Origin: Bdellovibrionia bacterium
GTDB lineage: Bacteria; Bdellovibrionota; UBA1018
Reading direction: 5' to 3'
Assembly: GCA_049424145.1 (NCBI GenBank)
Contig: JBMSSC010000003.1
Span: forward strand, 1-52,971
Length of the DNA stretch: 52,971 nt
Shown here: piece by piece, positions 38,863 through 51,057 of the stretch
Position numbering within the stretch: position 1 is the stretch's first letter
How the letters are laid out: the number at the start of each line of letters is the position of its first letter
Notes under the pieces: generated by a model
Told to the model about the DNA's origin: nothing
What the model saw: only the letters and a program-made list of their open reading frames with translations
The model's database searches: none
Position numbers and translations under genes: made by a program

Positions 38863-41800
38863 TTACCGAACCATCGAAGCAGCCAGTTGGGATTCGGTAC
38901 CCACCTGGGTGGCCTCTTCCTCTTCTGACACCACGCGAGCTTGCAAGTTCTTGTACTTGCTTAAGCCCGTACCTGCTGGCACCAACCGACCCATAATGAC
39001 GTTCTCTTTCAAGCCGCGCAGGTAGTCCACTCGTCCGCTGATGCTGGCTTCCGTAAGAACCTTGGTGGTCTCTTGGAAGGACGCAGCCGAGATGAAGCTC
39101 TCCGTGCTGAGCGAGGCCTTCGTGATCCCCAAGAGCAGAGGCTCGGCAGTCGCAGGAGCGCCACCGGCTTGCATGACTCGTTGATTTTCAGCCTCAAACG
39201 TGGACTTATCACATTGTTCGCCCGGTAAGAAGATCGAATCACCCACTTCTTTAATTCGAACTTTTCTTAACATCTGACGAACAATCGTCTCAATGTGCTT
39301 GTCGTTGATCTTCACCCCTTGGAGACGGTACACTTCTTGGACTTCATCCACCAGGTACTTGGCCAGGGCCTTTTCACCCAAGACGCGCAGAATGTCGTGA
39401 GGGTTAATCGGTCCGTCCATCAGAGGTTCACCAGCCTTGACGTAATCGCCTTCGTTCACAGCCAAGTGACGACCCTTACCGATGAGGTACTCTTTCTGCT
39501 CGCCCAGATCAGGGGTGACGATGACTTTTCTCTTACCCTTGGTGTCTTTACCAAAGGAGACAATCCCGTCAATCTCACTGATCACAGCTGAATCCTTAGG
39601 CTTACGCGCCTCAAAGAGTTCTGCCACGCGAGGAAGACCCCCGGTGATGTCCTTGGTCTTTGTGGTCTCACGGTGAATCTTAGCAATCGTATCCCCACCG
39701 CTGATGCGATCCCCGTCGTTCAGAACGAGGTTAGCACCCACAGGCATCATGTAACGAGCGATTCGGTTGGATCCCTCCAGCCGAATGGGGGTTCCGCTTT
39801 CATCTAAGATGAGAATCTTAGGCCGCTTATCTGAAGCCTTCGACTCCACGATCACTTTGTGAGACAAGCCGGTCACACTGTCGAATTGCTCCTGCATGGT
39901 GAGCCCTTCTTCAATGTCCTCGAACTTCACGATCCCGGAGGCTTCGGTGATGATCGGAGTGGAATAAGGATCCCACTCAGCCATGAGCTTTCCTTTTTCA
40001 ACAGGATCGCCCTCTTTCACGAGCACCTTGGCACCGTAAACGACTGGGTACTTTTCCCTCTCGCGGTTATTCGCATCAATCACGGCGATTTCCCCGCTTC
40101 GGTTCATGACCGTGAGATGACCTTCTTTATTGCGAACGGTCATCAAGTTATGGAACTTCACTTTACCCTTGGTCTTCGCTTCTAAGCTGGACTGCTCAGC
40201 GCGTCGGGAGGCGGTTCCACCGATGTGGAACGTTCTCATGGTCAACTGAGTGCCGGGCTCGCCGATGGACTGAGCAGCAATGACGCCTACGGCCTCCCCG
40301 ATGTTCACCATGCGACCTCGGGACAGATCACGTCCGTAACAAGCGCTGCAGATCCCTTTTTTCGACTGACACGTGAGCACTGAGCGGATACGAACCCGAT
40401 CAATCCCCGCCTCTTCAATCTTCCTCATGAGGTCTTCGGTGATCTCTTGGTTCGCAGGAACTAAAGTCTCGTTGGTGACTGGATCAATGACGTCATCTAA
40501 GGCCACGCGACCTAAAATGCGATCCCCCATCTTCTCGATGACTTCGCCGCCCTCGATTAAGGCTGAAACGAAGAGTCCATCCAAGGTCCCGCAATCGAGT
40601 TCAGTCACGATGACGTCTTGAGAAACGTCAACGAGACGTCGAGTCAAGTACCCGGAGTTGGCAGTCTTCAGAGCCGTATCGGCAAGACCTTTTCGAGCTC
40701 CGTGAGTGGAGACGAAGTATTGCAACACGGATAACCCTTCACGGAAGTTGGCCACAATGGGAGTCTCGATGATTTCACCGGAGGGCTTGGCCATCAGACC
40801 TCGCATCCCAGCCAGCTGTCGGATCTGCGCGTTACTTCCTCGGGCGCCTGAATCCGCCATCATGAAAATGGAGTTAAAGGCAGGACCCGTGATTTGTTTC
40901 TCCGATCCGCTCCACCCTTCTGGAGCTTGGAACGTCTGAACGGAGAGCCGTTTCATCATGGCGCTTGCGATCTGCTCGGAGGTTTGAGCCCAGATATCGA
41001 TCACTTTATTGTAGCGCTCACCGTCGGTGATCAAACCTTCGATGTACTGATTTTCGATTTCTTGGACTTGCTGATAGGCCTTCTCTAAGAACTCTTTCTT
41101 CTCAGGAGGCATCAACATATCATGAACCGAGATCGAAATCCCCGCCCTCATGGCCTCTCGAAACCCGGTCTGCATGAGATGGTCGGCCAAGATGACGGTT
41201 TTCTTATTGCCCGTCAAGCGATAGCACTGGTCAATGAGCTCAGCTAAGTCTTTTTTGCCCAACACTTTATTGTAGGCGCTAAAAGGAATCTCCTCTGGAA
41301 TCACCTCAGAGAGCAGAGTTCGACCCACGGTCGTCTCTTCGAGCTTCCCTGCGATACGACATCTAATCTTCGTCTGAAGCCCAACAACTCCGGAGTCATA
41401 AGCAAAATGAACTTCCGTTGGAGAGGAGAACACCTTGCCCTCACCCTTGGCAAAAGGACGCTCGCGGGTCATGTAATACAGACCCAAGACGATGTCCTGA
41501 GACGGCACGATAATCGGCTTTCCATGCGCAGGAGAGAGGATGTTATTGGTTGACATCATCAACACGCGCGCTTCAATCTGCGCTTCGATGGACAACGGCA
41601 CGTGAACGGCCATTTGGTCTCCGTCGAAGTCGGCGTTAAACGCAGCGCAAACAAGAGGATGAAGCTGAATGGCTTTACCCTCGATCAAAACAGGTTCGAA
41701 AGCCTGAATCCCCAAGCGGTGAAGGGTGGGAGCGCGGTTCAAGAGAACAGGGTGTTCCTTGACCACTTCTTCTAAAATATCCCAAACTTCCTGGCGCTGC

Positions 41801-43008
41801 TTTTCCACCATTTTCTTAGCTGACTTAATGGTGGTGACATAGCCATACTCAGAGAGTTTGTTGTAAATGAAGGGCTTGAATAACTCCAGGGCCATGACCT
41901 TGGGCAGCCCGCATTGATGGAGCTTTAACTCAGGACCCACCACGATCACAGAACGGCCCGAGTAATCCACACGCTTTCCAAGCAAGTTCTGTCTGAAACG
42001 ACCTTGCTTTCCTTTGAGCATGTCCGAAAGCGAACGAAGAGGACGCTTATTCGGCCCGGTAAACGTCTTCCCACGACGACCATTATCAAATAACGCATCC
42101 ACCGACTCCTGGAGCATGCGCTTTTCGTTTCGAATGATGATCTCAGGAGCATTTAACTCCATCAGCCGCTTTAACCGATTGTTTCGGTTAATCACACGAC
42201 GATAGAGGTCGTTGAGATCGGAGGTAGCAAACCGCCCCCCGTCCAAAGGAACCAAAGGACGCAGCTCAGGTGGAATCACAGGGATCACCTCAAGCATCAT
42301 CCATTCAGGACGATTGGTCACGCTGAGCTTAAAGGATTCCACGACTTTCAGCCGTTTGGACACCTTGGTTCGCTGAGCTTCGGAAGAGGTCTGTTTCAAG
42401 TCCATCCGGAGTTTGCGAGAAAGACCCTCGATGTCCACCTTTTTCAAGATGTCACGAATGGCCTCACCGCCCATAGCGGGAGTAAAGCTAAATCCTTCGC
42501 GAATGAGTTGAGTGTATTTTTCCTCGGAAATGACGGAATTCTCTTCCACTCCGCTGTTTCCTGGATCAAGAACCAAATAGGCCTCACAATATAGAACCTT
42601 TTCCAGATCCTTTAAGGTGATATCTAAAAGGGCCCCAATTCGAGAGGGAAGAGAGCGTAGGAACCAAATGTGTGCCACAGGAGTGGAGAGCTCAATATGG
42701 CCTAAGCGCTCCCGGCGGACCTTGGATTGAATCACTTCGACGCCGCACTTCTCACAGACGACGCCTCGGTGCTTCATGCGCTTGTACTTACCGCAATTGC
42801 ACTCGTAATCCTTGACTGGACCAAAGATCTTGGCGCAGAAAAGACCGTCCCTCTCTGGCTTGAAGGTCCGATAGTTGATCGTTTCTGGCTTTTTCACTTC
42901 GCCAAAGGACCACTCTCGAATCTTCTCAGGGGAAGCCAATGAGATCTTAATCCCAGTAAAACTTAAGGGATCTTTCGGTTTATCAAAAAAATTGAGTAGG
43001 TCTTTCAT
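38863..43008 (-). CDS. rpoC: RNA polymerase beta' subunit
   Basis: NADFDGD catalytic motif, zinc-finger Cys residues, full length 1381 aa. Confidence 0.99.
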   Translation of the reverse strand: MKDLLNFFDKPKDPLSFTGIKISLASPEKIREWSFGEVKKPETINYRTFKPERDGLFCAKIFGPVKDYECNCGKYKRMKHRGVVCEKCGVEVIQSKVRRERLGHIELSTPVAHIWFLRSLPSRIGALLDITLKDLEKVLYCEAYLVLDPGNSGVEENSVISEEKYTQLIREGFSFTPAMGGEAIRDILKKVDIEGLSRKLRMDLKQTSSEAQRTKVSKRLKVVESFKLSVTNRPEWMMLEVIPVIPPELRPLVPLDGGRFATSDLNDLYRRVINRNNRLKRLMELNAPEIIIRNEKRMLQESVDALFDNGRRGKTFTGPNKRPLRSLSDMLKGKQGRFRQNLLGKRVDYSGRSVIVVGPELKLHQCGLPKVMALELFKPFIYNKLSEYGYVTTIKSAKKMVEKQRQEVWDILEEVVKEHPVLLNRAPTLHRLGIQAFEPVLIEGKAIQLHPLVCAAFNADFDGDQMAVHVPLSIEAQIEARVLMMSTNNILSPAHGKPIIVPSQDIVLGLYYMTRERPFAKGEGKVFSSPTEVHFAYDSGVVGLQTKIRCRIAGKLEETTVGRTLLSEVIPEEIPFSAYNKVLGKKDLAELIDQCYRLTGNKKTVILADHLMQTGFREAMRAGISISVHDMLMPPEKKEFLEKAYQQVQEIENQYIEGLITDGERYNKVIDIWAQTSEQIASAMMKRLSVQTFQAPEGWSGSEKQITGPAFNSIFMMADSGARGSNAQIRQLAGMRGLMAKPSGEIIETPIVANFREGLSVLQYFVSTHGARKGLADTALKTANSGYLTRRLVDVSQDVIVTELDCGTLDGLFVSALIEGGEVIEKMGDRILGRVALDDVIDPVTNETLVPANQEITEDLMRKIEEAGIDRVRIRSVLTCQSKKGICSACYGRDLSRGRMVNIGEAVGVIAAQSIGEPGTQLTMRTFHIGGTASRRAEQSSLEAKTKGKVKFHNLMTVRNKEGHLTVMNRSGEIAVIDANNREREKYPVVYGAKVLVKEGDPVEKGKLMAEWDPYSTPIITEASGIVKFEDIEEGLTMQEQFDSVTGLSHKVIVESKASDKRPKILILDESGTPIRLEGSNRIARYMMPVGANLVLNDGDRISGGDTIAKIHRETTKTKDITGGLPRVAELFEARKPKDSAVISEIDGIVSFGKDTKGKRKVIVTPDLGEQKEYLIGKGRHLAVNEGDYVKAGEPLMDGPINPHDILRVLGEKALAKYLVDEVQEVYRLQGVKINDKHIETIVRQMLRKVRIKEVGDSIFLPGEQCDKSTFEAENQRVMQAGGAPATAEPLLLGITKASLSTESFISAASFQETTKVLTEASISGRVDYLRGLKENVIMGRLVPAGTGLSKYKNLQARVVSEEEEATQVGTESQLAASMVR

Positions 43009-43023
43009 TTCTGCTCCCTCATC

Positions 43024-46000
43024 TTAAATCAAATCAGTCTGAATTTCTTTCTCGTCCGCTTCGATCAGTTCCACGTTCAAGGCCAAGCTTTGAAGTTCCT
43101 TCACCAAGACGTTGAACGACTCAGGCAATCCAGGCTCCAAGAGCTGCTCACCTTTAACGATGGCTTCATACATTCGGTTACGTCCCGTGACATCATCCGA
43201 CTTGACGGTGAGGAACTCTTGTAAGCCATAGGCCGCACCATAAGCTTCCAGCGCCCAGACTTCCATTTCTCCCAACCTTTGACCCCCGAACTGAGCCTTC
43301 CCGCCCAGCGGCTGCTGAGTGACGAGGCTGTAAGGACCAATGCTTCGAGCATGAATCTTCTCTTCGACCAAGTGGTGTAACTTGAGCATGTACATGATCC
43401 CCACGGTGACCTCCTCAGCAAACGTATCGCCTGTGACACCGTCATAAAGCGTCGTTTGTCCGCGAGAGGGGAGATCGGCAACCTGAAGCATCTGAGCAAT
43501 ATCCGACTCACTGGCGCCGTCGAACACGGGGGTTGCCACGTGAACACCGCGTCTTAAGTGAGTGGCCATTTTTCGGACCTCCTCATCGGTTGCTGTCTCC
43601 AAGTATTTCACCACTGTAGGATGATTATACGTGTCTTTGAGTAACTTCTTCAACTTCTCAGGCTGGAAGTTCTCCATGTAGGCATTCACCTTCTCGCCGA
43701 TGCCGTGAGCAGCCCAACCTAAGGTCACCTCCAGAAGCTGACCGATGTTCATACGCGAGGGAACCCCAAGCGGATTCAACACCATGTCAACGGGTGTCCC
43801 GTTGGCCATAAAAGGCATGTCTTCCATCGGGAGAATCCGGCTGATGACCCCTTTATTCCCGTGACGGCCGGCCATTTTATCCCCAACTTGGAGCTTTCTC
43901 TTAATGGCAATCTGAACCTTCACCATCTTAATCACGCCAGGAGCTAATTCATCGCCTCGGCGGAGCTTATCCGTCTTCTCCTTGACCACGAATCGAACGG
44001 CCTCGATCTTCTCTTTGGCCAATTTCATGATCACGGTGACTTCTTGCTCAAGCTCTTCTTTGACGGGGATGAATCCCAACAAATCAAAAGGAATTGCAGA
44101 CAAGGTCTCTAAATCAAGCTTCTGCCCCTTCTTAAGCAGCTCCTCTGATCCATCCTCAGAGAGAAGCTTGCCCGTCGTCATGGACCCGCCTAAGATCTTC
44201 ACAATCTTCGTCAGAGCCGACTGACGGATGGCATCCGTTTCAATCTTCTCATCGCGGCGAATGGTCTGAACCTGCTCTTCTAGAATGGCCTTCGTGCGCT
44301 CATCTGGCTCCGTGCCTTCACGAGCGAACACTTGGGCATGATCACAATCCCCTGAACACCTGAAGGAACACGCAAGGAAGTGTCTCTGACATCGCCTGCT
44401 TTTTCACCGAAAATGGCCCGTAATAACTTCTCCTCAGGAGAAAGCTGGGTCTCTCCCTTCGGAGTCACCTTGCCGATTAAGATATCACCTGGCTTGACTT
44501 CGGCCCCGATGCGAATAATTCCGCTCTGATCGAGGTCCTTTAAGGCCTCCTCGCCCACATTCGGAATATCTCGAGTGATCTCTTCCTTCCCAAGCTTCGT
44601 ATCTCGTGCGATGCACTCAAACTCTTCAATGTGAATGGAGGTAAATGTGTCTTCCTTGATCAACCGCTCTGAAATCAGAATGGAGTCTTCGAAGTTGTAT
44701 CCGCTCCAAGGCATGAACGCAATGAGCACGTTTTGACCTAAGGCCAACTCACCCGCATCGGTTCCAGGGCCGTCAGCTAAGACGTCTCCTGCTTTCACTC
44801 GGTCGCCCACGTTCACCACAGGACGCTGAGTCACGCAGGTGTTCTGATTGGAACGCTGGTACTTGGTGAGGTTATAAATATCCACATCAGAACCCACGTC
44901 CTGGGATGCGGATTGATCTCTGCGGACGACAATCTTCGTCCCGTCGACCATGATGACCTGACCCTCGTGTTTATTAATGATGATTTGACCGGAGTCTCGA
45001 GCTACGACTCGCTCAATCCCAGTGCCAACCAGCGGCGCATGGGTACGAATCAAGGGAACCGCCTGCCGTTGCATGTTCGAACCCATCAACGCTCGGTTGG
45101 CGTCGTCGTGTTCCAAGAACGGAATCAAGGAAGCAGCAATGGACACCAACTGATTTGCTGAAACGTCCATCAACTCAATATCATCGGGATTAACTAAGGA
45201 GAAATCCCCTTTTCTTCGAGCCGAGACTAAATCCGTGCTGAGCTTTCCAGAGCGCAGGGCTTCAGGGGCAACCTGAGCAATGACCTTGTTCTCTTCTTCG
45301 GTAGCAGTAAAGAACCGAATATCCGAAGTGATTTTTTTCTGGTCCACAATCCGATAAGGGGTCTCAATGAACCCAAACTCATTGACTCGGGCATAAGTCG
45401 AGAGACTTGCGATCAACCCGATGTTTGGACCTTCAGGCGTCTCAATCGGACAAATTCTACCGTAGTGAGTGTTGTGAACGTCACGAACCTCGAAGCCTGC
45501 GCGCTCACGGGTCAACCCTCCAGGCCCCAGAGCTGAAAGCCTTCGCTTATGGGTCACCTCAGAGAGAGGGTTCGTCTGATCCATGAATTGGGAGAGCTGG
45601 CTTGAACCGAAAAACTCCTTCACCACAGCCGAGACCGGCTTCTGATTGATTAAATCATGGGGCATGAGCGTCTCAATTTCTTGAATGCTCATCCGCTCCT
45701 TAATCGCGCGCTCCATGCGAACCAAACCAATGCGGTATTGATTCTCAATTAACTCACCCACAGCCCTCACCCGGCGATTCCCTAAGTGGTCAATATCGTC
45801 AATGGTGCCGCGGCCGTTATTCAACTCGCATAAATAATACAACGTGGACAAGATATCCTGCTTGGTGAGGATTGTCACCTCAGGAGCCACCCCGTTCTCA
45901 GGGAACTTGTAGTTGAGCTTCAAGCGGCCCACTCGCGAGAGATCATAGCGATCTGCATTAAAGAAGAGGTTCTCAAACAGCTGCTTGGCTGCTTCAACCG

Positions 46001-47156
46001 TGGGAGGATCCCCAGGTCGCATTCTCTTGTAAATCTCAATCAGAGCTTCTTCGGGACTTGCAATCTTATCTAAGAGCAACGTCTCACGAACAAAGGCCCC
46101 GTAAGTCAGATTGTCCGTAAAGATCACCTTCACGCTCTTAACGCCACGGGCGCGAAGCTCCTCAATCTTCGTCTCACTGAGCTCCTGATTGGTCTCCAAG
46201 AGAACTTCACCGGTCGCCTCATCGACGATGTCTTCCGACGCCACCCGACCTAAAACTGACTCAGCCGGAACCTCGAGCTGGCGGATGCCCGCTTCTTGAA
46301 TCCGCTTAATCACCGCTTTCGTGAATTTACGATTCTTCTTCACGATCACTTCGCCGTTTTTTGGATCTAAAATATCGTCTTCAGCGCGCTGCCCTGAGAG
46401 AATCTCTAAATCGACGGACTTGAAGAATTTTCCGTCTTTTTCAAAAATCAAAGTCTCAATTTTATAAAAATAATTCAAAATATCCTGATTGGACATCCCC
46501 ATGGCCCGAAGGACAATGGTCGCAGGAAGCTTCCTCTTCCGATCAATCCGCGCATACAGAATATCTTTATGGTCAAACTCAAAATCCAGCCAGGATCCGC
46601 GATGAGGGATCACACGGGCAGAATAAAGGATCTTACCGCTCGAATGGCTCTTGCCCTGGTCATGATCAAAAATCACGCCTGGGGATCGATGCAATTGGCT
46701 GACGATGACGCGCTCGGTTCCGTTAATAATAAACGAACCCGCCTCAGTCATCAGCGGGATTTCTCCCATGTAAACTTCTTGTTCTTTAATGTCGCGGATA
46801 TTTCGCGTTCCCGCTTCCTCATCTACCTCGTAAACCACCAAACGAACGGTGATCTTCAAAGGAGCTGCGAACGTCATGCCTCGCTGACGGCACTCCGCCA
46901 CATCATACTTAGGACGCTCTAAAACGTAGCTCTCAAACTCTAGGGAAGCCGTTCGATTGAAGTCTTCAATCGGAAAAACAGACTTAAACACGGACTGCAA
47001 GCCAATGTCCTCTCTCTGACCAAGAGAAACGTCCGCTTGTAGAAATTTTTCGTAAGATCTGCGCTGCAGCTCTATGAGGTTCGGAATCTCAACTGGCGTT
47101 GAAATCTTTGAAAAATCTTTACGAATACGGTGATTTTCCGAGAACAGGGAACCCAT
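43024..47156 (-). CDS. rpoB: RNA polymerase beta subunit, split into two ORFs (44280-47156 and 43024-44331) by one missing base near 44339/44340
   Basis: N-part has [25 protein letters not shown]; C-part has [21 protein letters not shown]. Adding one base restores ...GIVI[D/N]AQVFAREG and a 1377-aa protein. Confidence 0.97.
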
Positions 47157-47183
47157 GCTTGCTCCTAAATGAGAAAAAGACAG

Positions 47184-47250
47184 AAAAAATTCGTTACCGT
47201 ACCCAGCCTACATGCTTTTCGTCTTTAGGCAAGGGTACGGTACGATTTTT
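47184..47250 (-). terminator. Long hairpin between rplL and rpoB (attenuator-like or processing site)
   Basis: TACCGTACCC.GCCTA / TAGGC..GGGTACGGTA stem, followed on the minus strand by TTTTTT. Confidence 0.65.
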
Positions 47251-47285
47251 GAACCAGAGGTACTAAAAAGGGCGAGTGAGATCCA

Positions 47286-47669
47286 TCACTTCACTTCGAC
47301 CTTAGCTCCTTCAGTCTCGAGTTTCTTTTTAATTTCATCCGCTTCTTGCTTGCTCACGCCTTCCTTCACGGTCTTAGGTGCGCCTTCGACTAAGTCTTTG
47401 GCTTCCTTCAGGCCCAAGCCGGTGATGGCGCGGACTTCTTTAATGATATTGATTTTCTTATCAGCTGGAACAGAAGCCAACACGATGGTGAACTCAGTTT
47501 TAGCTTCAGTTGCTGCAGCAGCACCGCCGCCCACAGCAGCCACAGCCACAGGAGCAGCTGCAGACACACCAAACTTCGCTTCTAAGTCCTTCACCAAGCC
47601 CGCGAGCTCGAGAACAGACATATTTTCCAAGTAAGCAATGAATTGATCTTTAGTAATAGCAGTTGACAT
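47286..47669 (-). CDS. rplL: 50S ribosomal protein L7/L12
   Basis: [20 protein letters not shown]. Confidence 0.98.
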   Translation of the reverse strand: MSTAITKDQFIAYLENMSVLELAGLVKDLEAKFGVSAAAPVAVAAVGGGAAAATEAKTEFTIVLASVPADKKINIIKEVRAITGLGLKEAKDLVEGAPKTVKEGVSKQEADEIKKKLETEGAKVEVK

Positions 47670-47809
47670 TTTCTACCTCATTTACATCTAGGCCGCTAGT
47701 CGTCCTGACTGTTGGCCGTGGTCCCTCTAGTTCTGAATTGATTGGACTAGGACCGATTGCTAGTGGCTCTCCTAACCACTAGTTGAAACCCGAACTCAAA
47801 TGCGAGGCA

Positions 47810-48349
47810 TCACGCCTGAGTTTCTGATTTCTTTTTCTCAATGGCAGCCAAGACTGTCACCAAGCTACGTGGGACAGCGGCAAGGACACCGACGAAGTTC
47901 GTGATCGGGGCGTTCATTGTTCCCAATAACTTCCCTAACAGAACCTCTCTACTTGGGAGATTTGCCAGCGCTTCAACACCAGACACGTCGACGCGCTTTT
48001 TTCCCATCAGACTTTCTTTGAGCTTGAAAGCTTCATTATCCTGAGCAAACTTGTGAATCGCTTTTGCTGCAGCCGTCATCTCACCAAAGCTAAAAGCAAC
48101 CAGCGTCGGACCGACAATACCGTCCATCAACGCTTTAGCCTCGTCTCCTAAGGAGCCTTCTTTGGTGACTAAACGTGCCACATTGTTCTTCAGCACCTTC
48201 ACTTCCGTATTCAACGGACGTAAAATCCGCCGAAGCTGATCTGCCTGACTTGCAGACAATCCCTTATAGTCCGCAAACACAGCAAGATTCGCCTTGTTAA
48301 ACTTGTCCTTGAGCACTCCTGCAAGCTCAGTTTTCTCAGTACGATTCAT
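47810..48349 (-). CDS. rplJ: 50S ribosomal protein L10
   Basis: DYKGL, KVLKN, LPSREVLL; synteny. Confidence 0.97.
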   Translation of the reverse strand: MNRTEKTELAGVLKDKFNKANLAVFADYKGLSASQADQLRRILRPLNTEVKVLKNNVARLVTKEGSLGDEAKALMDGIVGPTLVAFSFGEMTAAAKAIHKFAQDNEAFKLKESLMGKKRVDVSGVEALANLPSREVLLGKLLGTMNAPITNFVGVLAAVPRSLVTVLAAIEKKKSETQA

Positions 48350-48386
48350 AAAAACCTTCTCTTTTCAGTCGTTCAGTTCGTTCAGA

Positions 48387-49136
48387 TCAAGCCACGCCAG
48401 CTGCCACTAAGGCATCTTGAGGATCAATGGAGATCCCTGGGCTCATGGTCGAAGAAAGGGTGATCCCCTTCATGTAAGTTCCCTTGCTGGTGGGAGGCTT
48501 TGCGCGATAGATGACAGCAGCCAAGGTGCTGAAGTTTTCCTTGAGCTTGTCTGCTCCAAAGGACTTCTTCCCAATGGCCACATGAACGATACCGGTCTTC
48601 TCAGTCCGATACTCCATTTTTCCTAATTTTTGTTCCTTAACGGCCTTGGCTACATCAAAAGTCACGGTTCCAAGCTTCGGGTTAGGCATCAATCCGCGAG
48701 GGCCCAAGATCTTACCGATCTTCGAGACGGCCACCATCATATCGGGTGTGGCTACCATCTTATCAAACTCAAACCAGCCGCCTGCGATCTTCTCAATTAA
48801 ATCCTCAGCGCCCACGAAGTCAGCACCTGCTGCGGTTGCTTCCTTAGCCTTCTCACCCTTCGCTAACACAGCCACACGCGTGGCCTTACCAATCCCATGA
48901 GGCAACACCACAGCGCCGCGCACCATCTGATCAGCGTGTTTTGGATCCACTCCCAAATTGAAGGCCACATCGACCGTCTCATCAAAGGAGGCAAACGCCA
49001 CTTCAGGCAAAAGAGCAAAAGCTTCGGTCACGGTATACCGTTTTCCGGCTTGCACCTTCTCCAGCGCATTCCAGTATTTTTTTCCGTGTCTGCCTGCGCC
49101 TTTTTTCTTCACTGCACTTTTTTTGACTTCCGACAT
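48387..49136 (-). CDS. rplA: 50S ribosomal protein L1
   Basis: [24 protein letters not shown]. Confidence 0.98.
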   Translation of the reverse strand: MSEVKKSAVKKKGAGRHGKKYWNALEKVQAGKRYTVTEAFALLPEVAFASFDETVDVAFNLGVDPKHADQMVRGAVVLPHGIGKATRVAVLAKGEKAKEATAAGADFVGAEDLIEKIAGGWFEFDKMVATPDMMVAVSKIGKILGPRGLMPNPKLGTVTFDVAKAVKEQKLGKMEYRTEKTGIVHVAIGKKSFGADKLKENFSTLAAVIYRAKPPTSKGTYMKGITLSSTMSPGISIDPQDALVAAGVA

Positions 49137-49146
49137 AATACTCCTC

Positions 49147-49180
49147 AGTGGTGTAAACGCTAGTCAAGCTAGCTCCCACT
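49147..49180 (-). promoter_or_regulatory. Candidate L1 autoregulatory site between rplK and rplA
   Basis: Minus strand AGTGG-GAG-CTAG-CTTGA-CTAG-CGTTTACA-CCACT: stem, asymmetric loop, stem, directly before the rplA GAGGAG RBS. Confidence 0.65.
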
Positions 49181-49196
49181 TATTTTCAATCAACGA

Positions 49197-49622
49197 TTAA
49201 TCAACTACGGTAATGCCCGCACTCCGTGCGGTGCCTGCAATGGTTCTCATTGCAGCTTCAACGCTTCCTGCATTTAAGTCAGGCAGCTTTAACTTTGCAA
49301 TTTCTTCCACTTGTTTGCGGGTGACTTTGCCCACTTTATTTTTATTTGGCTCTCCTGATCCTTTTTCCACTTTCGCCGCCTTAAATAGCAGCACGGAAGC
49401 AGGAGGCGTCTTCGTCACAAAGGTGAACGAACGATCGGAGTAAACTGTAATAATGACGGGAATGATGGTGCCCTTTTGATCCTGGGTCTTGGCATTAAAC
49501 GCCTTGCAGAACTCCATGATGTTCACACCACGTTGACCCAGAGCTGGACCCACTGGAGGGGCTGGATTTGCTTGTCCGCCTGGAATTTGTAATTTAATCT
49601 GACCCGTTACTTTCTTTGCCAT
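49197..49622 (-). CDS. rplK: 50S ribosomal protein L11
   Basis: [27 protein letters not shown]. Confidence 0.98.
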   Translation of the reverse strand: MAKKVTGQIKLQIPGGQANPAPPVGPALGQRGVNIMEFCKAFNAKTQDQKGTIIPVIITVYSDRSFTFVTKTPPASVLLFKAAKVEKGSGEPNKNKVGKVTRKQVEEIAKLKLPDLNAGSVEAAMRTIAGTARSAGITVVD

Positions 49623-49721
49623 AATTCACCTTTCTACAAGCACATCCTATGCTTTCACTGCCTAAAACGATGCACGCTCAATCTCATCTTCATCTTGAGC
49701 CGCGATCCTTAACACATCTGA

Positions 49722-50279
49722 CTATATTTTTTCAACTTGAATAAAATCGAGTTCGACGGGAGTGGATCGACCGAAAATGCTCACCAAGACTTTCACCTTG
49801 CCTTTATCGGGATTCACATCCTCAACCACTCCATTGAAGTTGGCAAAAGGACCGTCGATCACACGAACGTTCTCTCCCTCATGGAAGGAGATCCTCGGCC
49901 GAGGTTTCACTTGGCCCTCAGCGATGCGATTGGTCATCTTAAGGACATCGGACTCAGGAACAGGGACCGGCTTGACTTTATCGCCCACAAATCCCGTGAT
50001 CTTAGGCGTGTTCTTGACAATGTGCCAAGTGTCTTCCGTCAAAACCATCTTCACTAAAATATAACCGGGAAAAAACCGCCGCTTCGTGGTCTTCTTCTGA
50101 CCCTTGACGAGCTCAACGACGTTTTCCTCAGGAACCAGCACCTCACCGAAAAGAGACTCCTTCTTCAAGGACTTGATCCGCTCTTCAAGTGCGATTTTTG
50201 CCTTATTCTCAAAGCCCGAGTACGTATGAACCACATACCATGACATTTCACCCGACTGCTGCTCTTGAAGATCTGTCAT
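49722..50279 (-). CDS. nusG: Transcription elongation factor NusG
   Basis: WYVVHTYSG, FFPGY, KOW motif DGPFANF, IFGRSTPVEL; start at ATG 50279 after AAGGAG. Confidence 0.98.
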   Translation of the reverse strand: MTDLQEQQSGEMSWYVVHTYSGFENKAKIALEERIKSLKKESLFGEVLVPEENVVELVKGQKKTTKRRFFPGYILVKMVLTEDTWHIVKNTPKITGFVGDKVKPVPVPESDVLKMTNRIAEGQVKPRPRISFHEGENVRVIDGPFANFNGVVEDVNPDKGKVKVLVSIFGRSTPVELDFIQVEKI

Positions 50280-50293
50280 CTCTCTCTCCTTTC

Positions 50294-50668
50294 TCAGAGT
50301 AACCACTTAAGGGCTTGCACCCAGAAGTAGTCTAAAAAGCTTAAAACCAACCCTGAAATCACAACCATCAAGATGACGATCATCGTAGCAGAGCGTGTGT
50401 CTTTTGGGGTGGGCCAACTCACACGAGTGAGCTCCACAACCACCTCATTCATGAACTGATTGGCCTGTTCATTGAGGTAGAGACCCAAGAATAGGATTCC
50501 ACCGGATAAAACTGAAACCACTCGAAGGATCAAATCCAGGTAGCGAACCCGAGCTTCCAGATCATACAAGGCCACCAGCTTTCCTGTGGAGGAGTAGATG
50601 ATGTAGCCCAGAAGTGCAGAAATCGCTACGAAACTGAGATTGACCCACTTTTGATGTGTACTTTCCAT
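50294..50668 (-). CDS. secE: Preprotein translocase SecE (long 3-TM form)
   Basis: ELTRVSWPT motif; lies between tRNA-Trp and nusG. Confidence 0.92.
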   Translation of the reverse strand: MESTHQKWVNLSFVAISALLGYIIYSSTGKLVALYDLEARVRYLDLILRVVSVLSGGILFLGLYLNEQANQFMNEVVVELTRVSWPTPKDTRSATMIVILMVVISGLVLSFLDYFWVQALKWLL

Positions 50669-50696
50669 AGCTTCACCCAATTTAAACCCTAAAAAC

Positions 50697-50773
50697 TGGC
50701 AGGGCAGGAGGGATTCGAACCCACAACCCGCGGATTTGGAATCCGCTGCTCTAGCCGTTGGAGCTACTGCCCT
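50697..50773 (-). tRNA. tRNA-Trp(CCA)
   Basis: AGGGCAGTAGCTC...GCGGATTCCAAATCCGC...GGTTCGAATCC...CTGCCCTGCCA. Confidence 0.96.
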
Positions 50774-50776
50774 ATT

Positions 50777-50926
50777 TTACTTACCTTCTCGGTGTGCCGT
50801 ATGCTTCCGACAGAATTTGCAGAATTTTTTGAATTCGAGCTTGTCTGTCGTCTTCTGCTTGTTTTTAGTGGTTGAATAATTTTTTCTTTTGCAATCGGTA
50901 CAATCCAAACTTACCGTAACACGCAT
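50777..50926 (-). CDS. rpmG: 50S ribosomal protein L33 (zinc-ribbon C+ form)
   Basis: Below the ORF track cutoff. Manual translation: [49 protein letters not shown]. Confidence 0.96.
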   Translation of the reverse strand: MRVTVSLDCTDCKRKNYSTTKNKQKTTDKLEFKKFCKFCRKHTAHREGK

Positions 50927-50968
50927 AACTTACAACCTTTATTCGAACCTAAATGAAAGGTTCCAAAC

Positions 50969-50994
50969 AAGGGTAGAGCCGAAGCTCTACCCTT
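50969..50994 (-). terminator. Stable cUUCGg-capped hairpin after tuf (weak terminator or stabiliser)
   Basis: AAGGGTAGAGC-TTCG-GCTCTACCCTT on the minus strand, followed by GTTT. Confidence 0.6.
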
Positions 50995-51057
50995 TTTATC
51001 GGAACCTTGAAAGGAGAGTAAGAGTCATTCCTACTCTCGAATTTCAGAGCTTCAGCA

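Noticed and set aside
43024-47156. rpoB as a true pseudogene
   Set aside because: Essential gene in its native operon, with one lesion and all catalytic motifs intact
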